Both the position numbers and the translations under genes were made by a program. From assembly GCA_030739855.1 (NCBI GenBank), contig JASLYJ010000005.1, positions 181 to 64,180 on the forward strand: a stretch of 64,000 nucleotides of DNA. Direction: 5' to 3'. This stretch comes from Alphaproteobacteria bacterium (GTDB lineage Bacteria; Pseudomonadota; Alphaproteobacteria; UBA11136). Of this stretch, positions 59,642 to 64,000 are shown one piece after another. A model generated the notes under the pieces. The model was given only the letters and a program-made list of their open reading frames with translations. It was not told the DNA's origin and ran no database searches. The first letter of the stretch is position 1; the number at the start of each line of letters is the position of its first letter.

Positions 59642-60321
59642 AATACCGAGACCAGTCCCCCAAGGGCATGTGCATCAAGGTTGCCCTGGCGACTTTCACT
59701 ACCACACAGAGCGCCACGAAATCCTAGACAGTCAGGACCTAGTTTGAGCAAGGGCAGCACATCATCAAGGGTAAGAGATCCTGCAAGACCAGAGAAAAGC
59801 CCCCTCTCCATCACAGTTTCCACGAACTGTGCCAGCAGGTTGTCTTCAAGATAATCCCGAATGCTACCGCCGTTTTTATCCGCCGTATCGAGCATCACAC
59901 CAAAAAATCCATTTGTAGCCAGTTCCTCCACCAGAGAGAAATCCGGGTTCTGATCGGCGAACAGTACCGCCACCAGCCGCGCCGCGCCCGTATCGCAGTT
60001 GCCGATGGCTTCGGCACAGGCCCACCCGTCCCCGCCTCCACTACCGTCGGGGAAAAATCCCACCTTCACGAAATCTACACCCGTGGCAGCCGTCGCCGTC
60101 ACCGCGGCGCAAAGATATTCCGGTACCATAGGCAGATCGCCGATGGTTGCACTCACCGGCTTAACACCGTCAACAAGATGGACAGCCCGGACCAAATCAC
60201 GATAGTCCCAAGCTCCAAGCGCTCCAAGGGCAGGATTTTTCAAGTCGATAATACCCACATCGGTCTCGCAAGCGATTTTTACCTCGCCAAGATTAGCGAC
60301 GCTCGCCAGTAATGTTGTCAT
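59563..60321 (-). CDS. mfnB: (5-formylfuran-3-yl)methyl phosphate synthase-like protein (MfnB/DUF556, Orf17-type)
   Basis: LLASVANLGE....E..VGIIDLKNP..GALGA is typical of the DUF556/MfnB N-terminus. Confidence 0.7.
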   Translation of the reverse strand: MTTLLASVANLGEVKIACETDVGIIDLKNPALGALGAWDYRDLVRAVHLVDGVKPVSATIGDLPMVPEYLCAAVTATAATGVDFVKVGFFPDGSGGGDGWACAEAIGNCDTGAARLVAVLFADQNPDFSLVEELATNGFFGVMLDTADKNGGSIRDYLEDNLLAQFVETVMERGLFSGLAGSLTLDDVLPLLKLGPDCLGFRGALCGSESRQGNLDAHALGGLVSVFQDWNTSSPSRATATAGAQAAACSLS

Positions 60322-60905
60322 TTCATGGATCCAAACTGGGAGCTCTCACCGGGGTGGGCCTTGAATTCCTCGAGATATTCCATCAACCATTCCCAGGCCT
60401 TCAATTCCTTAGGCCCAGCGGTTTTTTCCACGGCGGTGGAAAGATAGGCGATTTCATTCTCTACATCCTCCAAGGGCAGAATTTCCAACCGGCTAATGAG
60501 GATAGCAGCCTCGATCACGGCACCCTGGGCACGGTTGAACCCCTGAAAGGGGGCGTGCATTTCATCATAGACCGGTTTGCAGTGAAGATGAGGGCGCTGT
60601 TTGTCATCATTAATTTTTGTCACACGAACTTCGGTATGAGCAAGGGCCTGACAAAGAATAACTCCGGGAACCTCCACCGCGGGTCGGGTTTCCCAGTGAC
60701 GGCGGTGGGTCAGGCATCCGGCAAAAACTTGGACATCATCGGTGTAATTGATCACAGCATGTGGATTGTCCAGAATGTTGTCCAACGTATGCGATGGACG
60801 AAAAGGCGCGATCACAAGACTATCCTCCCCGACAGTGATGCCGAAGGGAGCGATGTGAACATCACCCTCAGTATTCATGGTGGTGAGGATGGTCTCATGG
60901 ATCAT
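60318..60905 (-). CDS. DUF447-family protein (Orf22-type, flavin-reductase-like split barrel)
   Basis: MIHETILTTMNTEGDVHIAPFG... There are ATGA overlaps at both ends. Confidence 0.6.
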   Translation of the reverse strand: MIHETILTTMNTEGDVHIAPFGITVGEDSLVIAPFRPSHTLDNILDNPHAVINYTDDVQVFAGCLTHRRHWETRPAVEVPGVILCQALAHTEVRVTKINDDKQRPHLHCKPVYDEMHAPFQGFNRAQGAVIEAAILISRLEILPLEDVENEIAYLSTAVEKTAGPKELKAWEWLMEYLEEFKAHPGESSQFGSMK

Positions 60906-62386
60906 GTGTTTTTCTTCTCTTTGGCTTCGCTTTTATTGCCATCTTGGCCTCGTTCTTTTCGTTTCTTTGCGGCGCGTTTTTCTGCCGCCCGTCTTTCCAA
61001 AGCGATAACCAGAGCATGGCCGGGAGACGTGCCCTCCTCTTCCACGCCGGTAGAGCTGCGTTCGGCAGAACATCCCCAATCCAGCTCCTCATCCTGAGTA
61101 TAGACCTTGCCCAACTGGCGAGCGATATGCGCCCGTGCCAGTTCCACACCAAGATAAAAAGCATGAGGGCCGTCCGCATCCACACCCAGTTCTGGAAACA
61201 GGCTGAAGGGATCGTCACCCATGTGATGACCATCGCGGTTAAATACATGCAGGCCCTGTTCGCTTATCTGAATACGGAAACTTGGGTCCTGGACCAGTGA
61301 GGCAAGTTCGGCTATTTCGTCTGCGCTGTAGGGGTATGGCCGACGACCATGGAGTCCCATCAGGCCTTGGTTAATCCCCACCGGAAGTCCACCTTCCTCA
61401 TGGGCGGCATACATGATACGGCGGGCAAGATCGGCCTCGTGCACCGCACGACAGCAATGGGGACTAACCCGGACCACGAGAATGCCGCCAATACGCAATT
61501 CCGAAACCACACCCATCAGTAGAGCCGTAATGCCGGTGGTGTCGGCGTCAGTCAGTTCAGTGAGATTACCTACCCCCATGAGGATGTCCACGTCAGGGTA
61601 GCGTTTTCTGAGGTCGCGGTAGCGCACCAGGGATTCCGTAAATCCGAAATGGATGGGATCGAGGATGGGGTCAGCAAGAAAGGGTTTGCCCTTCGCCTTC
61701 ATGGCGTCAATGGAGCGACAGAGCGATTCCAGGTTCCCTGGGCTGGAGGGGATGAGCACCGGGACCGAGTCTACTTCCTCGGCCAGATGGAGGGTCTCTT
61801 CGGTCAAGCTGAGAAGGTAGTCGGCATGTGCATGGCCCGCTCGGAGCAATTCCTTCATATCGGCGGAATCGACACTAACCTTATAACCATGATTTTTAAG
61901 GGCAGAAACGGCGTCTTCCAGATGGGGAAATTCGGTGTCAGGAAGACAGCCTAGATCAATCACATCGGCTCCGGCCCCGGCATATGCCGTGGCCTGGGCC
62001 ATGATTTCCTCAACCGATATGTGTGGCGCCTCAACAATTTCGGCGAATATAAGACAATCGTGGCGGCTCAGATCTCGAGGACCTCTGTCACGCCCAAAAA
62101 ACGTCGGCAAATCCTTCAAATCGTCTGGCCCGCGTTCTACCGGAACGTGGTAGTGGCTGCTCAACTCTTCGAGGTCGCCGCGGCAACGGCCGGGAACGAG
62201 AATGCGATTAGCATCACCAGGCTCTGGCACGCGGCGACGGATGAGCTTCGGCGTCATCAGCGCAGCGACGCTGATGCCAATTTGCTGGATTTTGTACATG
62301 AAATTGGCTGGCTGCATGGAATCGAGGACCCGGTGTAATTGCCCTTCGGCAAGCCTGCCTGTCAGGAAGAGAATTTTTTCAGACAT
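60902..62386 (-). CDS. Dihydropteroate synthase-related protein of H4MPT biosynthesis, with a Lys-rich C-terminal tail
   Basis: 494 aa. The pterin-binding-like core has GADVIDLG and ILMGVGNLTE. The tail reads ERRAAEKRAAKKRKERGQDGNKSEAKEKKNT. Confidence 0.65.
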   Translation of the reverse strand: MSEKILFLTGRLAEGQLHRVLDSMQPANFMYKIQQIGISVAALMTPKLIRRRVPEPGDANRILVPGRCRGDLEELSSHYHVPVERGPDDLKDLPTFFGRDRGPRDLSRHDCLIFAEIVEAPHISVEEIMAQATAYAGAGADVIDLGCLPDTEFPHLEDAVSALKNHGYKVSVDSADMKELLRAGHAHADYLLSLTEETLHLAEEVDSVPVLIPSSPGNLESLCRSIDAMKAKGKPFLADPILDPIHFGFTESLVRYRDLRKRYPDVDILMGVGNLTELTDADTTGITALLMGVVSELRIGGILVVRVSPHCCRAVHEADLARRIMYAAHEEGGLPVGINQGLMGLHGRRPYPYSADEIAELASLVQDPSFRIQISEQGLHVFNRDGHHMGDDPFSLFPELGVDADGPHAFYLGVELARAHIARQLGKVYTQDEELDWGCSAERSSTGVEEEGTSPGHALVIALERRAAEKRAAKKRKERGQDGNKSEAKEKKNT

Positions 62387-62924
62387 TCTCTTCCCTCTCC
62401 ATGATGGCTTCTTCTAGCGCCACCACGCTGTCCACCACTAGGGTAGCTTCAAATGCTTTCAGACGTTCCACGTTTTCCAGGTCGATATGGCGAGGATAAA
62501 CATCCACCATACCCTTGGGGGCCATGGATCGAAGCTCTGGCGCCGTATCACAGGCAAAATAGATGCAGGGCACGCGGCATTTTCCAGCCTGGGCGAAAAC
62601 ATTAGTGGCCAGACTGTCGGAAATACCTGCCACGCATTTGGCCACGGTGTTGGAGGAAACCGGAGCCATGATCAAGGTGTGATATATGCCCTTGTAGAAC
62701 TGGCCGACTGGGGCCGCGCTCGCCGTGGTATCCCGGAATATCTGGGTGCCTTCTGGAAAGGGGTCTTTGTGCCCATACATACGCATGACTTCTTCCGCCG
62801 CCTGGCTGGCGAAGACATCGCATCTTTCAAGCCGTGACAGAATATTTAGGCATTCATCGAAAAAATGCCCCGATCCGGTTAGAACCCATGCCCATCTTTG
62901 TTGTTTATTATGGTCAGCTGACAT
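62379..62924 (-). CDS. Flavoprotein (archaeal AfpA/DmrX-like, Orf19-type), possible dihydromethanopterin reductase
   Basis: 181 aa. The WAWVLTGSGHFFDE and MAPVSSNTVAK motifs fit the flavoprotein (HFCD-like) fold. Confidence 0.6.
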   Translation of the reverse strand: MSADHNKQQRWAWVLTGSGHFFDECLNILSRLERCDVFASQAAEEVMRMYGHKDPFPEGTQIFRDTTASAAPVGQFYKGIYHTLIMAPVSSNTVAKCVAGISDSLATNVFAQAGKCRVPCIYFACDTAPELRSMAPKGMVDVYPRHIDLENVERLKAFEATLVVDSVVALEEAIMEREENV

Positions 62925-62991
62925 TTCCCGTCTTTCGCGTCTGGGATAAACACTTTCTCTTTTTAGGCTGTGGAAGGGAATAGGAGCAAGG

Positions 62992-63633
62992 TCAACCCGT
63001 CAACAAAACCTTCGTCCCGGGAGCGACGCCCCTCTCCAAGGCCTTGGCAAACCCAGTCAAGCTCGAGGGCCCCACACAGCGCACATCAAGCCCACCCCCT
63101 CTTGCGAAGGTCCCGAAGGTGCGATCTATGATTCCTTCTTCCTGAAGGGTTAGCAGTGGAACGGAGAGGTGTTCATTGTATCCGGAATCACCGGATGTGG
63201 GATCGACTGACTTGACGAGAACCAGGCATGTAGCCTTCAGATGCCGAGCCAGCCAGGCAGCAAGGGAATCAGAAGTGACCTCCCATTCACCAGGGATATC
63301 GTCCCGCCCGAAAACCATACGCGAGGGTAGCCATATGGGAATGTTCCCGTTCCGACTGACCCTCAGCAATGCTGCTTTTGACGAAACGGGAACCAGCTCC
63401 GAGCACAGACCCGCCAGCATCAGACCGTATTGCTCCATGGCTAGAACCGCCATTTTGTGGGCAGTGGAATCATCAAATTGTAGCCGGAGTTGCATGTCTC
63501 GCACCCGGTCAGCGAAGGGGCCGCCTCCGGGCACCACGGTAAGGGCGTAATGGTGAGGGCCCGTAACGGCCTGTATCCAGGAGCAAAGTTGTCCGTTTCG
63601 GGCTAGACTACCGCCCAGTTTTACCACCCACAT
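62992..63633 (-). CDS. Amino-acid-kinase-family protein (Orf21/COG2054-type, possibly MfnE-like)
   Basis: MWVVKLGGSL N-terminus and VVPGGGPFAD. The start is placed at ATG 63633. The tracked ORF extends to 63876 into the folB-like gene. Confidence 0.6.
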   Translation of the reverse strand: MWVVKLGGSLARNGQLCSWIQAVTGPHHYALTVVPGGGPFADRVRDMQLRLQFDDSTAHKMAVLAMEQYGLMLAGLCSELVPVSSKAALLRVSRNGNIPIWLPSRMVFGRDDIPGEWEVTSDSLAAWLARHLKATCLVLVKSVDPTSGDSGYNEHLSVPLLTLQEEGIIDRTFGTFARGGGLDVRCVGPSSLTGFAKALERGVAPGTKVLLTG

Positions 63634-63721
63634 AACTAAACGGTTCGCTTTCCCCCTCAGGAACGACGGCCATCTAGGGCCGTCGGAAGGTGCCGGCCCC
63701 GTAGCCGCTCTCTTGCCATCT

Positions 63722-64000
63722 TTATCCCTTGAAGTTCCGGCCGCGCCGCTCGATTTCAACCCCAACGCTCGCCGCTTCATCAAATACATCCAGCTTTTCG
63801 ACCCGCGCCCGCACCACCATGATCCGCTCGTCATCCAAGCACATATTGGCAATCTCCTCAGCCAGGGTCTCCACAAGGCCTACGTGGCCGCGAGCCAAAA
63901 GGGTTTTGATCCCTGAAATGATATTCTCGTAGGATACCACGTTAGCAATGTCGTCGCCGGCTGCATCGCAATTATCTTCCACCAGAAGATCAACATTAAA
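63722..64000 (-). CDS. folB: Dihydroneopterin aldolase-like protein (5' end lies outside the window)
   Basis: ...FNVDLLVEDNCDAAGDDIANVVSYENI...VETLAEEIA...ARVEKLDVF...VGVEIER fits the FolB pattern. The frame stays open to the window edge. Confidence 0.6.
   Translation of the reverse strand, partial: FNVDLLVEDNCDAAGDDIANVVSYENIISGIKTLLARGHVGLVETLAEEIANMCLDDERIMVVRARVEKLDVFDEAASVGVEIERRGRNFKG

Overview
The window reads as a core chromosomal segment of an alphaproteobacterium-like genome. Supporting features are a class I LysRS, the J-domain/CobS/CobT/L28 synteny and a CIRCE-controlled groESL. No rRNA, tRNA, CRISPR array, transposase or prophage gene was recognised. Layout: (i) 0-20.5 kb holds housekeeping genes: secA 3' end, accA, malyl-CoA lyase, xerD, aroK-aroB, a CorC/HlyC transporter, cobS-cobT, rpmB, pyrD, class I lysRS and groESL. 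(ii) 20.8-26.5 kb is a translationally coupled sulfate assimilation operon: sulfite reductase, cysH, cysD, cysNC. (iii) 26.7-28.7 kb holds ctaA and a TorF-like porin. (iv) 29.2-44.9 kb is a hopanoid cluster: hpnC-D-E-shc-hpnG, hpnH, ispH, hpnL-like, hpnA-like, hpnN, hpnM. (v) 45.0-49.0 kb is a 2-aminoethylphosphonate (AEP) biosynthesis module: a PEP mutase fused to a nucleotidyltransferase, phosphonopyruvate decarboxylase and an AEP transaminase. (vi) 50-64 kb is a tetrahydromethanopterin (H4MPT)/methylofuran-type C1 island with mptG, mtdB, mch, fae and about ten cofactor-biosynthesis genes. The best candidate for something undescribed is the interleaving of the hopanoid cluster with the phosphonate module. 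It includes a free-standing LicC-like nucleotidyltransferase and two inverted, motif-divergent CDP-alcohol-phosphatidyltransferase-like paralogs that sit in the same tightly coupled operons as hpnN, hpnA and hpnL. This suggests a phosphonate-bearing hopanoid or lipid head-group pathway. The second notable observation is a 105-nt in-frame patch inside xerD that is about 85% identical to a segment of the groEL gene 16 kb away. All calls come from reading the ORF translations and the DNA by eye. No database search was run.
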